A stretch of DNA of 32,000 bases from Ignicoccus islandicus DSM 13165 (GCF_001481685.1 NZ_CP006867.1:420001-452000), one strand, 5' to 3'. Counted from the first letter of the stretch, positions 1 through 9,881 are shown. The notes: generated by a model not told the origin, from the letters alone. A program made the numbers and translations.

Positions 1-48
1 TCCACCTTGAGATCCTTGGTCATTTTTAAGAGATTCAAGGAAAATATA

Positions 49-363
49 TTAAATTATCTCAACGTCAAATACGATGACTAAAAGGTCCTCCTTCAGCGAT
101 TTGACTATCTTAGCACCTTTCTCTACTTGCTCTTCAGAACCAACCATTATTACCATTATCGGGTCGTCTCCATGACCGTGAAATGGATCAATGTACGAAA
201 GGCCTTTATGCCTCCCATAACCCATTATCCCTTTAAATACGCTCACTCCGGGCATTCCGGCTTCTTTGAATTTCTCAACAATCAACTTGAATAAGGGTTT
301 ATCATCTACGAACATGCCTTCGTGAAGCAATACCACTAGGGTCTTTGCTTTCATCGCAACCAC
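49..363 (-). CDS. DUF190 family small protein
   Basis: 104-aa ORF; sequence AKTLVVLLHEGMFVDDKPLFKLIVEKFKEAGMPGVSVFKGIMGYGRHKG...PIMVIMVGSEEQVEK matches the DUF190 pattern from memory. Confidence 0.8.
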   Translation of the reverse strand: MVAMKAKTLVVLLHEGMFVDDKPLFKLIVEKFKEAGMPGVSVFKGIMGYGRHKGLSYIDPFHGHGDDPIMVIMVGSEEQVEKGAKIVKSLKEDLLVIVFDVEII

Positions 364-411
364 CTTTGACTTCCTGAACTGTTCTTGTTGACAGCAAAAT
401 GATTTATTAAT

Positions 412-1209
412 TTAAACGTCACCCTCAATTAAGTTAAGTGCCTCAGAGAGCGTTTCCTTGTTGGGTGCTTCGATAAGAGTTACCAAGGAGTAAGTTTTCA
501 GGTCATCAATTCTCATTGAAATTGCTTCTTTAATTATGTCTATATCGAAGCAAAAGTCCTTCGTTAAGCATACGTGTAGTTTAGATGATGGATCTATCAG
601 AGCCATCGCTATCTTTTGGGGATTATTTAGGGGAATGAGTTCCCTTTTCGCTAACATTCTAAGGGCAGCTCGTCCAAGAACGTTATCGAAGTGGATTAAT
701 CCTTCGAAACCCCAAGGTGCGATTTTCAATGCGTTTGAAAAAGCAATAATGAGATACGGTAAGCCGTTTCCTTCTAGTTCTTTAAGTACATCTATAAGGG
801 AGAACTTGCTCTTATGATTAAGGTAATGTAATGAAAGGCTTGCGCCTAGAAGGAACCAACTTAGTTCCTTCCCCCTTTTCATGTTTAGGAGGTCAGTGAG
901 GTGCTCCGGGTCATATATAATCGCTTTCATGAGGGGGTCATATCTTATTGGAACCGTTTCCTTAGTACACTTGAGAGAGGACCAGAACTTCTCTGAGATT
1001 TCGACAAGTCTCGCGAAGCTTTCTTCGGGGTCGTCGCCCTTCCTCCATTCGAGGCCCTCGACTATTGGGATACATATATCACCTCCTTCCCCTTTAACCA
1101 ATTTGACGTCTCTGGCTCTGAAATACCACTGAAGGATCCCGAAAGCTTGTTCAACCCATTCAATCTGGTCCACGTTAGTTTCCCCGAAGTTCAATGGAAG
1201 GTACCTCAA
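412..1209 (-). CDS. hypothetical protein, 265 aa
   Basis: Long open frame with archaeal-style composition; no family recognised. Confidence 0.7.
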   Translation of the reverse strand: MRYLPLNFGETNVDQIEWVEQAFGILQWYFRARDVKLVKGEGGDICIPIVEGLEWRKGDDPEESFARLVEISEKFWSSLKCTKETVPIRYDPLMKAIIYDPEHLTDLLNMKRGKELSWFLLGASLSLHYLNHKSKFSLIDVLKELEGNGLPYLIIAFSNALKIAPWGFEGLIHFDNVLGRAALRMLAKRELIPLNNPQKIAMALIDPSSKLHVCLTKDFCFDIDIIKEAISMRIDDLKTYSLVTLIEAPNKETLSEALNLIEGDV

Positions 1210-1269
1210 TATAATTGAAGGCTAGTTGAGATAAATTTTTAAAGACTTACCAAATGATGTGCTAACGGT

Positions 1270-1363
1270 GGGCCCGTCGTCTAGCCCGGAAGGACGCCGC
1301 CCTTACGAGCTATTGGGCTAGGAAAGGCGGTAGTCCGGGGTTCAAATCCCCGCGGGCCCACCA
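1270..1363 (+). tRNA. tRNA-Val(UAC), intron-containing, with encoded CCA
   Basis: Acceptor GGGCCCG/CGGGCCC+A, anticodon stem CCGCC/GGCGG, T arm CGGGG-TTCAAAT-CCCCG, 3' CCA at 1361-1363. The anticodon loop is interrupted by 17 nt; the spliced loop is CTTACGA with anticodon UAC. Confidence 0.95.
1308..1324 (+). other. tRNA intron (AGCTATTGGGCTAGGAA) at position 37/38
   Basis: Bulge-helix-bulge: CTTA(1302-1305) pairs with TAGG(1319-1322), with 3-nt bulges CGA and AAA and a short inner helix. Predicted cuts are CG|A and AA|A. Confidence 0.85.
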
Positions 1364-1454
1364 TTCCTCTCCAATTCCCAGTGCTAACAAGTTCGGTCAA
1401 ACTACTTCGCCTTCGAGTATGTAAGCGTAACATATCTTAATAGCGTTCAGCATT

Positions 1455-1587
1455 ACAGTAAGGAATTACTGTTGGATGATCTTGAATACTTCGAGCGATC
1501 ATCCGCAAGTACTTCAGTCCATTAGTAATTATCTAGCACAGTTCTTGAGGAGAATAGTGAGTGGTGTATAACGTCTTAATTATACGC
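1455..1587. repeat. cluster of three short inverted repeats in an intergenic region
   Basis: ACAGTAA-GGAA-TTACTGT (1455-1472); GGATGATC...GATCATCC (1474-1481/1497-1504); GTGTATAA...TTATACGC (1564-1571/1580-1587, one G-U). Confidence 0.7.
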
Positions 1588-1612
1588 TGCTGTAGCACCA
1601 TTTTAAACTTGC

Positions 1613-2317
1613 TTAGAGCCTTAGTCTCAGAAGTTCGCTCCATTTAGAGGGCATGAAGCGAGCTATTGCCGCTGCTAGAGGTGGTAGTATTCTGGTCTGA
1701 ACGTATACCTTCGTCGGACCTCTTACTTTAACTACGTACCCCTCACCGCCCAATAAGAAGTTCCTTAAGTTTCCGAACTTGACCACTTCCCATTGGGCAT
1801 TATCTGGCAAAGCAACGAAGTGCATATTGTCAATAATCATTTCATCCTCTACGTTAACTTCTATTACGTCTCCGTAACTTGAGACCCAGAAGCCTCCCTC
1901 TCCACATAACTTCAACCAAACTAGATCTCCCAAGACCAAGCCCTTGGGACCTTTCCAAGCTAAGTCTAGGTCTAGATCACCGTAGTGCGCTACATAGGAA
2001 TAGTCTTGAACTATCCAACAATCTCCGCGACTTTCGATGTATTTTATCCCACCCGGTAAGGAAGGACTTATCCAAACAGTTCCCGGGCCCTCGAAAACGT
2101 TGTGAAATATAGTTTCACCGCTTAAGAGCTTCCTTCCTATTGCCTCTAGGACAGCCTTCACTTTACTACGTTCCTGTTGCAAATCTATCATGATTGTATC
2201 TACTTTTAAGTTGCCTTTCATCATCATCATTGCTCCTGTCTCTGCATATACCTTTTCGCCTTCCTCGAGATCTATCCTTATCACTGGATAGGCCGTACCT
2301 TCAATACTCCACCTCAA
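1613..2317 (-). CDS. AIM24/TIGR00266 family protein
   Basis: 234 aa; GEKVYAETGAMMMMKGNLKVDT, GPGTVWISPSLPGGIKYIE, WIVQDYSYVAHYGDLDLD and FNLRNFLLGGEG resemble AIM24-family motifs. Confidence 0.8.
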   Translation of the reverse strand: MRWSIEGTAYPVIRIDLEEGEKVYAETGAMMMMKGNLKVDTIMIDLQQERSKVKAVLEAIGRKLLSGETIFHNVFEGPGTVWISPSLPGGIKYIESRGDCWIVQDYSYVAHYGDLDLDLAWKGPKGLVLGDLVWLKLCGEGGFWVSSYGDVIEVNVEDEMIIDNMHFVALPDNAQWEVVKFGNLRNFLLGGEGYVVKVRGPTKVYVQTRILPPLAAAIARFMPSKWSELLRLRL

Positions 2318-2460
2318 TTCGACTTATCCCTAATGCATGATAACTACATCCAACGTATTTACATCGAAGTTTCGTTCGATTCCAACTTAGAGTTTTAAAT
2401 GGGCACAGAGTATGCGTTTTAAAGAGTGAATCACGTCTCAACTAAGGAGGTTAGTGAAGT

Positions 2461-4236
2461 ATGGCCGTGAAGGGGAAAGTACTAAGAGTAAGAGGACCAG
2501 TGGTAATAGCAGAGGGAATGCAAGGAGCTCAAATGTACGAGGTGGTCGAGGTAGGTAAAGACGGCCTAGTAGGCGAAATTACTAGAATTACTGGTGACAA
2601 GGCCGTTATACAAGTTTACGAAGACACTACTGGTATAACGCCCGGTGAACCAGTAGTAGGCACTGGAAGTCCGTTTAGCGTCGAGTTGGGTCCCGGCCTC
2701 CTGAGCCACATTTTCGACGGCGTCCTAAGACCATTAGAGAGCATCTACGAAGTAGCCAATTCCCCCTTCATTAGAAGGGGTATAAAGGTACCTTCCCTAG
2801 ATCGTTCCAAGAAATGGTCGTGGAATCCTTCTCCGGACGCTAAGGTGGGAGAGAAGGTTCAAGGAGGAGACGTCCTTGGAACAGTGCCCGAGACGGAGCT
2901 AATCGAACACAAGGTAATGGTTCCTCCAGGAATTAGAGGCACCCTCAAGGAAATTGCTCCTGCCGGCGAGTATACTGTTGAGGACACCATAGCTGTCGTT
3001 GAGCAGGACGGTAAGGAAATTGAGTTGAAGATGTACCACAGGTGGCCAATAAGGAAGCCGAGGCCCGTCATTGAAAAGTTCGAACCAGTAACACCCTTGA
3101 TAACTGGCGTTAGAGTGCTTGACACGCTCTTCCCCATGGCAAAGGGAGGTACTGGTGCAATCCCCGGACCATTCGGTTCCGGTAAGACCGTTACCTTGAG
3201 GACCTTGGCTGCTTGGAGCGACGCTAGAGTAGTCATTTACGTAGGCTGTGGCGAAAGAGGAAACGAAATGACCGACGTCCTAGTGAACTTCCCTCACTAC
3301 AAAGACCCATGGAGCGGTAAGCCACTAATGCAAAGAACTATCTTAGTGGCAAACACCTCTAACATGCCTGTGGCAGCGAGAGAGGCCTCCATTTACGTCG
3401 GAATAACCTTGGCTGAGTATTACAGAGACATGGGTTACGACTCCTTACTTATAGCCGACTCGACGTCCAGATGGGCCGAGGCCCTAAGAGACATTGCTGG
3501 AAGAATGGAGGAGATGCCGGCCGAAGAGGGCTTCCCACCGTATCTAGCCTCCAGGCTCGCCGAGTACTACGAGAGAGCGGGAAGGGCCAAGATACCGGGA
3601 AGACCTCCTAGAGTTGGAAGCGTAACAATAGCTTCCGCAGTATCTCCGCCAGGAGGAGACTTCAGCGAGCCGGTCACGAGCCACACCAGAAGGTTCGTTA
3701 GGGTCTTCTGGGCACTAGATGCCAGCCTAGCATACGCTAGGCACTACCCAGCCATAAACTGGTTAACGTCCTACAGCCTTTACGTAGATACCGTAGCTCA
3801 ATGGTGGCACCAAAACGTTAACCCGCATTGGAAAGAGTACAGGGACGAACTTATGAACATCTTGCTAAGGGAGGACGAATTAAAGGAGATAGTTAGGCTG
3901 GTTGGTCCCGAGAGCTTGAGCGAGCCAGATAAGCTAATAATTGAAACGGCCAAGATAATTAAGGAAGGATTCCTCCAACAGAACGCCTTCGATCCCATAG
4001 ATGCGTTCTGCTCTCCGCAGAAGCAATTCCTAATGATGAAGATAATAATCGACTTCTATAGGAAGGCCAAGGATCTGGTGAACAGCGGAGTTCCTGTAGC
4101 TAAAATAAGAGAAGCTACGAAGGACGAAATAGCTGAACTCATTAGGAGCAGGTTTACCGTAAAGAACGATGAGCTCGATAAGCTTCAAGATCTGTACGAG
4201 AGATTAATGTTAAAGCTTTCCCAAATAAGGGCATAA
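2461..4236 (+). CDS. atpA: V/A-type ATP synthase subunit A
   Basis: 591 aa; Walker [72 protein letters not shown]. Ribosome binding site AGGAGG upstream of the ATG. Confidence 0.98.
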   Translation: MAVKGKVLRVRGPVVIAEGMQGAQMYEVVEVGKDGLVGEITRITGDKAVIQVYEDTTGITPGEPVVGTGSPFSVELGPGLLSHIFDGVLRPLESIYEVANSPFIRRGIKVPSLDRSKKWSWNPSPDAKVGEKVQGGDVLGTVPETELIEHKVMVPPGIRGTLKEIAPAGEYTVEDTIAVVEQDGKEIELKMYHRWPIRKPRPVIEKFEPVTPLITGVRVLDTLFPMAKGGTGAIPGPFGSGKTVTLRTLAAWSDARVVIYVGCGERGNEMTDVLVNFPHYKDPWSGKPLMQRTILVANTSNMPVAAREASIYVGITLAEYYRDMGYDSLLIADSTSRWAEALRDIAGRMEEMPAEEGFPPYLASRLAEYYERAGRAKIPGRPPRVGSVTIASAVSPPGGDFSEPVTSHTRRFVRVFWALDASLAYARHYPAINWLTSYSLYVDTVAQWWHQNVNPHWKEYRDELMNILLREDELKEIVRLVGPESLSEPDKLIIETAKIIKEGFLQQNAFDPIDAFCSPQKQFLMMKIIIDFYRKAKDLVNSGVPVAKIREATKDEIAELIRSRFTVKNDELDKLQDLYERLMLKLSQIRA

Positions 4237-4238
4237 GA

Positions 4239-5066
4239 TTACTTTAGTTCGATTATTGATATAACGTCGTTTTTACCCTTACATATAACGATCAAATCAT
4301 AAGCTCCTTCAATGAATCCCTTAAGACGACAAGACATTCCGTATACACGCGAATACGAAGCTCCATTGTATTCTATCAAGGCAATTGAGTCACTAGTTAA
4401 AACTATAACGTTATTGCCTATAACTCTAACGCGACCTATGAGACCTTCTATGTAGTAATAATTAGTACCTTTGCCTATTACGACCCCGGTATAGTTTGAG
4501 TAAGCGATAATTTGCGCGTTTTCATCGATGCTCCTGATACCATTAACTTTAGCTAACAAGTTGCGCATGTCCTTACTTGAGATTAGAACTACTGAACCAT
4601 TGGATAAGGTCGCTATCAATCCTTTTGACGCAATCGAAACGTCTTCTAAGAATGAGCCGTTAGTCACAAGTTCATTGATTTTACTAACTATATTGCTGGT
4701 TGAACGCGTGTAGGTTATGGGGAAAGCGCCGTACCTAGTTACAATTACTAAAGATCCGGCCAAGTCAATTATTTCATAGGGTACATCGAATGTGACGAAG
4801 CCTTTGAGGTTAAGTGCATCTAGAAGCTTCTCGCTAGCTATTATTAAAGCGTTCGTTCTTTCAAAGCCCTTTAAGGATACGTCCGAATGCGGTGGATACC
4901 ATATCCTAACCCATAAAAGCCCGTGAGAGGAGTCCGGTGCTATACAGTCCTTACCCCAACAATAGGAAGTATTACCACTCGAACCAATGGCTACTATTCC
5001 ATTACCCTTAGGGTCCCATACCGGATACGAAAGGGATATGGAACTTAGACCTCCACGTGGGTCCAA
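4239..5066 (-). pseudogene. C-terminal fragment of a predicted secreted repeat/propeller-like protein, separated from its N-terminus by a frameshift
   Basis: 275-aa ORF starting at a TTG. It becomes contiguous with the upstream ORF 5083-5931 if one copy of the 10-bp tandem repeat is removed (1683 nt = 561 codons). Confidence 0.6.
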
Positions 5067-5074
5067 GTCCCTAT

Positions 5075-5094
5075 AGGTAACTTTAGGTAACTTT
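5075..5094. repeat. 10-bp tandem duplication AGGTAACTTT x2
   Basis: Perfect AGGTAACTTTAGGTAACTTT at 5075-5094. Confidence 0.97.
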
Positions 5095-5931
5095 CAAGTA
5101 AGTTCCATTGCCTACCACGGTAAGTCTTCCAAAACTAAGGCCCCATCTCTTCTCATCTAAAATTCTATAAACTAGATCATCGTTGCCTAAGTAACAAGCC
5201 TCGGTAGTGTTGCTTATGGATATGCCACCTTTATACGGAATATCTGTAATTAGGTTAACGTTAATTCCTTGGGATATCTCGCTGAAGCCGCTTCCACAGA
5301 CTTTAGTTGATCTAAGATCTCTTCCATCTATCAGAACGTTCAATCCATCGCCATCGTTCGACGTCCCACAAACGTAATTTACCTTAAATCCTAAGGAAAT
5401 AGCAAATGTTGAATTCCACTTTATCTTGATACCTTTGGGAAAAACGTTGCATCCAGTCCCCAATGGGTTCTTTACGAGCCACAAGATTCCGTTTTCAACG
5501 ACGCATTCCTTGCTCTCATCGCCCTTAAAGCGCCTCACGACCCACTTATCCAAACCGTTTGAGAAATCGTCGTAAAAAGGGAATACGTCCTCGCCTTCAG
5601 ACGCCCCGAGGAACCCTGTTAGCAGATACAAACGATTAGTTCCCTCCCGCAGTTTAAGCCATATAACACCGCTTGAGAAACGCGGATCTTTAGTACATTC
5701 TCCAAGCGAGTTTTCGTAGCAATAACTTAAGATTCCGTAATTGGATAGCGCGAGGAATTTTTCACGTTCCAATTGATCTGGTAAATCAATTTTTACGGGC
5801 ACTTCGTGTGAGGGATTTAACGAACCATTCCAGAATAAGGTTACTTTATATACTTGGAGAGATGGGTATGCTAGGCGAGTCAGTAATAGCATAGCTAAGG
5901 CGAAACTTACCTTCAAGTTTAGCGACCCCAC
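5083..5931 (-). pseudogene. N-terminal fragment of a predicted secreted protein with DUF2341-like and LamG/jellyroll-like module
   Basis: Signal-peptide-like N-terminus (MGSLNLKVSFALAMLLLTRLAYPS); CYENSLGECTKDP and FYDDFSNGLDKW motifs shared with the ORF at 28033-30624. It terminates inside the 10-bp tandem duplication. Confidence 0.6.
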
Positions 5932-6044
5932 GGAACGTTTGATTATAAATTTCGGAGAACTTGGTTAAACGTATTACTGCTTGGGCTCTTGCGAAATGCT
6001 TCGATTAATAACGCTCGTGTTCCCACTCCAGTGGGTAGATGTGA

Positions 6045-7049
6045 ATGATAATAGTCTTAAAAGAGAAGGATGGAGGAACCGAAGTGAAATCTTTACTTCA
6101 AGAAAAGGGGGTCAAGTTCTGGGAGGTTACCTTATATGGGAGACCGCTAATAGTAACACCTCCTGGAACCTTTCTAGAAGAAGTGAAATCGCTTCCTGGA
6201 GTAGAGTTGGTATTAAACGTAAATAACAAGTATCCATTGGCGTCGAGGGATTTCAAGAATGAAGATACTGTGGTGGAAATCGGCAAAGCTAAACTAGGAG
6301 GTACGTACTTTACTGTAATAGCTGGCCCTTGTTCAGTAGAGAGCAAGGATCAAATACTCTCGGTGGCTCAATTCGTAAAGAAAGAAGGAGTTGGTGCCTT
6401 AAGGGGCGGTGCCTACAAGCCTAGGACCAATCCCTACAGCTTCCAAGGCTTAGGAGAAGAGGGTTTAAGGCTCTTAGAAAAGGCTCGCGAGGTAACGGGT
6501 CTACCTATAGTGACTGAGGTGATGGATACTAGAGACGTTGAGAAAGTCGCAAAAGTGGCTGACGCCCTTCAAGTCGGTGCAAGGAACATGCAGAACTTCC
6601 CGCTGCTTAAAGAGTTAGGCAAGACGAACAAACCAGTAATACTGAAAAGAGGTTTCGGAAATACCGTCGAAGAATGGATTCAGGCCTCTGAGTACGTTTT
6701 ATTAGGCGGTAACGGCAACGTCGTTCTCTGTGAACGAGGTATAAGAACCTTCGAGAACTCAACTAGATTCACGTTAGATATTTCTGCAATACCCGTAGCG
6801 AAGAAGAAGAGTCATCTCCCGGTAATAGGTGATCCATCTCATCCTGCCGGAAAGAGGGACTTAGTGGAACCCTTAGCTTTAGCTATAGTTGCAGCTGGCG
6901 CCAACGGCTTGATAGTTGAGGTTCACCCTAATCCAGACAAGGCATTGAGCGACGCAGCCCAACAACTAACTTTCGAGCAGTTCAAGGAGCTAATGAGAAA
7001 GGTAAGGGCCCTAGTGGAAGTACTCGGGATGAAACTAACAAGTTCCTAA
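6045..7049 (+). CDS. aroF: 3-deoxy-7-phosphoheptulonate (DAHP) synthase with N-terminal ferredoxin-like domain
   Basis: 334 aa; VIAGPCSVES, RGGAYKPRTNPYSFQGLGEEGL, TEVMDTRD, QVGARNMQNF, PVILKRGFG, DPSHPAGKR. Confidence 0.95.
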   Translation: MIIVLKEKDGGTEVKSLLQEKGVKFWEVTLYGRPLIVTPPGTFLEEVKSLPGVELVLNVNNKYPLASRDFKNEDTVVEIGKAKLGGTYFTVIAGPCSVESKDQILSVAQFVKKEGVGALRGGAYKPRTNPYSFQGLGEEGLRLLEKAREVTGLPIVTEVMDTRDVEKVAKVADALQVGARNMQNFPLLKELGKTNKPVILKRGFGNTVEEWIQASEYVLLGGNGNVVLCERGIRTFENSTRFTLDISAIPVAKKKSHLPVIGDPSHPAGKRDLVEPLALAIVAAGANGLIVEVHPNPDKALSDAAQQLTFEQFKELMRKVRALVEVLGMKLTSS

Positions 7050-7135
7050 CGTTTTCGCTCGGTTCAGAATCGATTTCGATAAGTAATCGAAGCGTTATTT
7101 ACTTTTCTATCATGTAACTTCCTTGAGGGAAAGGC

Positions 7136-7783
7136 ATGCACATAGCGTGGATCGTTGGCGCAATTGCTGGAATAGTCAAGCTGTTAATTGGCTTCTTGGC
7201 TCTCAAAGTATGGAGAGATAGCGGCGTCGATCCAGTCAAGTACCTAGCGCTGGGCTTTCTGATACTTGGTATAGGCGAATTCGGCTGTAAGTTCATTGGT
7301 CACGGCTTACTACACACTCCAATGTCAGCTGCCTTAGGAGTGCCGTTCAAGTTCGTTGGTAATATATTGGTCTTCTACGCGCTCCTACAACTGGCCGAGT
7401 CAGCGCACATAAAGGAAGCAATGATAGTGACAGTGATTTTCGGATTAATTTACATGATAGGTGCGTTCCACGCACTCTCAATAACGTATAAGCTACACGC
7501 CATAAACTTCCAACTACCTCACATACTCTTCCTAACCATAATACCGTGGGCTATAGCAGGACTAATATACAAGGAATATAAAAAGACTGGGGACAGAACC
7601 GCCCTTTACTTCATGGCCGGTCTAATAGTATACGGACTCTCAGCGGCCATAGGAATACCACTCCACGTAATTCTACATGTACTGAACTTCCAAGACGCGT
7701 TAGCAATAGAGACTCTCATAAGACTGGTAGGTTTGCTAATTATATTCAGAGGTCTCTTCGTCGCTGAACAAGCTGCGACTTAA
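7136..7783 (+). CDS. hypothetical integral membrane protein
   Basis: 215 aa with about 7 hydrophobic segments; no family recognised. Confidence 0.8.
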   Translation: MHIAWIVGAIAGIVKLLIGFLALKVWRDSGVDPVKYLALGFLILGIGEFGCKFIGHGLLHTPMSAALGVPFKFVGNILVFYALLQLAESAHIKEAMIVTVIFGLIYMIGAFHALSITYKLHAINFQLPHILFLTIIPWAIAGLIYKEYKKTGDRTALYFMAGLIVYGLSAAIGIPLHVILHVLNFQDALAIETLIRLVGLLIIFRGLFVAEQAAT

Positions 7784-7848
7784 TAACGAAAACCTCTTAA
7801 TGAGAATATTTTTTATTAAAACCCTTCCTCCTCCCTACTTCGGGTATA

Positions 7849-8274
7849 TTGAAAATGGAGTTTCCACCCGAGTGGAAGAAGTTCAAATATAGGGGCAAAA
7901 CTTTGGAAGAGTTACTCGAAATGCCCATGGACGAGTTCATCGAACTATTGCCAGCCAGACAGAGAAGGAGCTTGAAGAGAGGATTTAGCGAACCTCAAAG
8001 AAAGCTTCTAGAAAAGATAATGGATGCGAGACAAGCGATAGAGAAGGGCAAGAAGGTTAAGATAAGAACCCATGTGAGGGATATGGTAATATTACCAATG
8101 ATGGTAGGCCTAACTATAGAAGTATACAATGGAAAGGAGTTCGTACCTGTAAAGATCGTACCAGAGATGATCGGTCATTATTTAGGAGAATTTAGTCACA
8201 CTACCAAGATAGTGCAACACGGAGCTCCAGGTCTAAAGGCAACTAGGAGTAGCTTATTCGTATCAGCTAAGTGA
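7849..8274 (+). CDS. rps19: 30S ribosomal protein uS19
   Basis: [17 protein letters not shown]...[66 protein letters not shown]. Confidence 0.97.
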   Translation: MKMEFPPEWKKFKYRGKTLEELLEMPMDEFIELLPARQRRSLKRGFSEPQRKLLEKIMDARQAIEKGKKVKIRTHVRDMVILPMMVGLTIEVYNGKEFVPVKIVPEMIGHYLGEFSHTTKIVQHGAPGLKATRSSLFVSAK

Positions 8275-8285
8275 GGTGATTACCC

Positions 8286-8765
8286 ATGCCTACTTGGCAT
8301 TACAGTAGCAACTTAGCTGAAGAGCGTCCAGAAAGGACTGCTAAGGCCATGATATGGGACGCGCCCATCTCGCCAAAGGAAGCTGCTGAAGTAGCGAGAG
8401 AACTTAGGGGCAAAATGCTCAACGATGCAATAAAGTTCTTAGAAAGAGTAATACGAATGGAGGAAGCCGTTCCACTGAGATGGTACAACGGCAAGGTAGC
8501 TCACAAGAGAGGTTTGGCTGCGAAGGCGGGCGTTCCAAGCGGAAGGTATCCCGTGAAGGTAGCTAAGTACTACCTAAAGCTCTTGAAGAGCGTTAAGAAC
8601 AACGCCGAGAACAAGGGCTTGGATGAGGAGAGGTTAAAGATAGTTCACATAGCCTCACACAAGGGCAGAACCTTGAAGAGATGGATGCCCAGGGCGTTCG
8701 GTAGGGCTACTCCGGAATTCGAAAGGAGAACTCACTTAGAAGTAATAGTTGAAGAGGTGAAGTAA
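8286..8765 (+). CDS. rpl22: 50S ribosomal protein uL22
   Basis: 159 aa; SPKEAAEVARELRGK..., CGVPSGRYPVK-like segment, HIASHKGRTLKRWMPRAFGRATP; located between uS19 and uS3. Confidence 0.95.
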   Translation: MPTWHYSSNLAEERPERTAKAMIWDAPISPKEAAEVARELRGKMLNDAIKFLERVIRMEEAVPLRWYNGKVAHKRGLAAKAGVPSGRYPVKVAKYYLKLLKSVKNNAENKGLDEERLKIVHIASHKGRTLKRWMPRAFGRATPEFERRTHLEVIVEEVK

Positions 8766-8767
8766 GC

Positions 8768-9499
8768 TTGAGCGCAACGAGCGCTAAGAGAGACGTAAAG
8801 AGGATATTCCTTGACCAGAACCTCGCGAAGGTCAAAGTAGACGAGTACTTAGCGAATAAGTTTTACAGCGTGGGATATGCCGGCGTAGATATACAGAGGA
8901 CGCCACTCGGAACGCGCGTCGTAATATATGCCGAAAGATCGGGTGCGATAATAGGAAGAAGAGGCGCGACCATAAGGCAAATAACGAAGATATTGAGCGA
9001 ATGGTTCGGTCTACCGAATCCGCAAGTAACTGTAGTTAGAGTCGAAGAACCGGAATTGAACGCTAGAGTAATGGCGTTCAGGCTCGCAGTAGCTCTCCAG
9101 AGAGGATACCACTTCAGGAGAGCGGCCTATAACATCTTGAGAAGGATCATGGGAGCCGGAGCTAAGGGCGCGCAAGTGAAGGTATCCGGTAAGCTAAGGG
9201 GTGAAAGAGCGCGTTTCGAGAAGTACATTGCTGGAAAGGTATACAAGAGCGGTAACCAAGTAGTCAGACTAACTGAAAGGGCAATAGCACACGTTTTACT
9301 AAAGCCCGGCGTAGAGGGCGTCGAAGTAATTATAGCTAGAGATGAACCTACCGACGACAGCGTCAAGATAAAGAATCCTGAAGAAGTAAAGGAGTTCGTC
9401 CAGAAGGTAAGGGAAGAGCTCGAGGCCATGAAAGGAGCTGAAGCAACTGTAGAGGAAGCTGCATCCGTTAAAGAGACTCAAGAGGGTGAGGCCCAATGA
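8768..9499 (+). CDS. rps3: 30S ribosomal protein uS3
   Basis: KH domain GRRGATIRQITKIL, RVEEPELNARVMAFRLAVALQRGYHFRRAAYNILRRIMGAGAKGAQVKVSGKLRGERA. Confidence 0.96.
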   Translation: MSATSAKRDVKRIFLDQNLAKVKVDEYLANKFYSVGYAGVDIQRTPLGTRVVIYAERSGAIIGRRGATIRQITKILSEWFGLPNPQVTVVRVEEPELNARVMAFRLAVALQRGYHFRRAAYNILRRIMGAGAKGAQVKVSGKLRGERARFEKYIAGKVYKSGNQVVRLTERAIAHVLLKPGVEGVEVIIARDEPTDDSVKIKNPEEVKEFVQKVREELEAMKGAEATVEEAASVKETQEGEAQ

Positions 9500-9717
9500 A
9501 GCCGGACGACATTAGGAAAATGAGTAGGGGAGAAAGGGAAGCGAAGCTAAAGGAGCTAAAGCAAGAGCTGATCAAGCTTAGGTACCAAGCGAAAATGGGA
9601 CACATCGATAACCCTGGAAGAATAAGGAACATAAAGAGGACTATAGCTAGAATCTTAACTATAAACAGGGAAGAGGAGTTAGGGATAGCCAGACAACCTA
9701 AGACTACTTCCAAGTAA
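9496..9717 (+). CDS. rpl29: 50S ribosomal protein uL29
   Basis: 73 aa; DIRKMSRGEREAKLKELKQELIKLRYQAKMG...PGRIRNIKRTIARILT; overlaps the uS3 stop. Confidence 0.93.
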   Translation: MKPDDIRKMSRGEREAKLKELKQELIKLRYQAKMGHIDNPGRIRNIKRTIARILTINREEELGIARQPKTTSK

Positions 9718-9775
9718 CCTCTACTTAGTTTTTCCTTACCATTTTAACGCTCTACCCTCCTGCCCGTTGCTCTCC

Positions 9776-9819
9776 TATCTCAGACGAATTCGTACGATTT
9801 CATCCATCTAGATAGGTTC
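9776..9819 (-). ncRNA. candidate C/D-box-like sRNA
   Basis: Minus strand: CCTATCT-AGATGGATGA-AAATCGTACGAATTCGT-CTGAGATAGG. Terminal 7-bp inverted repeat with a degenerate C box and a perfect D box (CTGA). Confidence 0.25.
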
Positions 9820-9881
9820 CGTAGATGACCCTTAGCTTAGGCTTTTAATCTAATTACGTTTCCCATTTTCACGGTGTCAAA

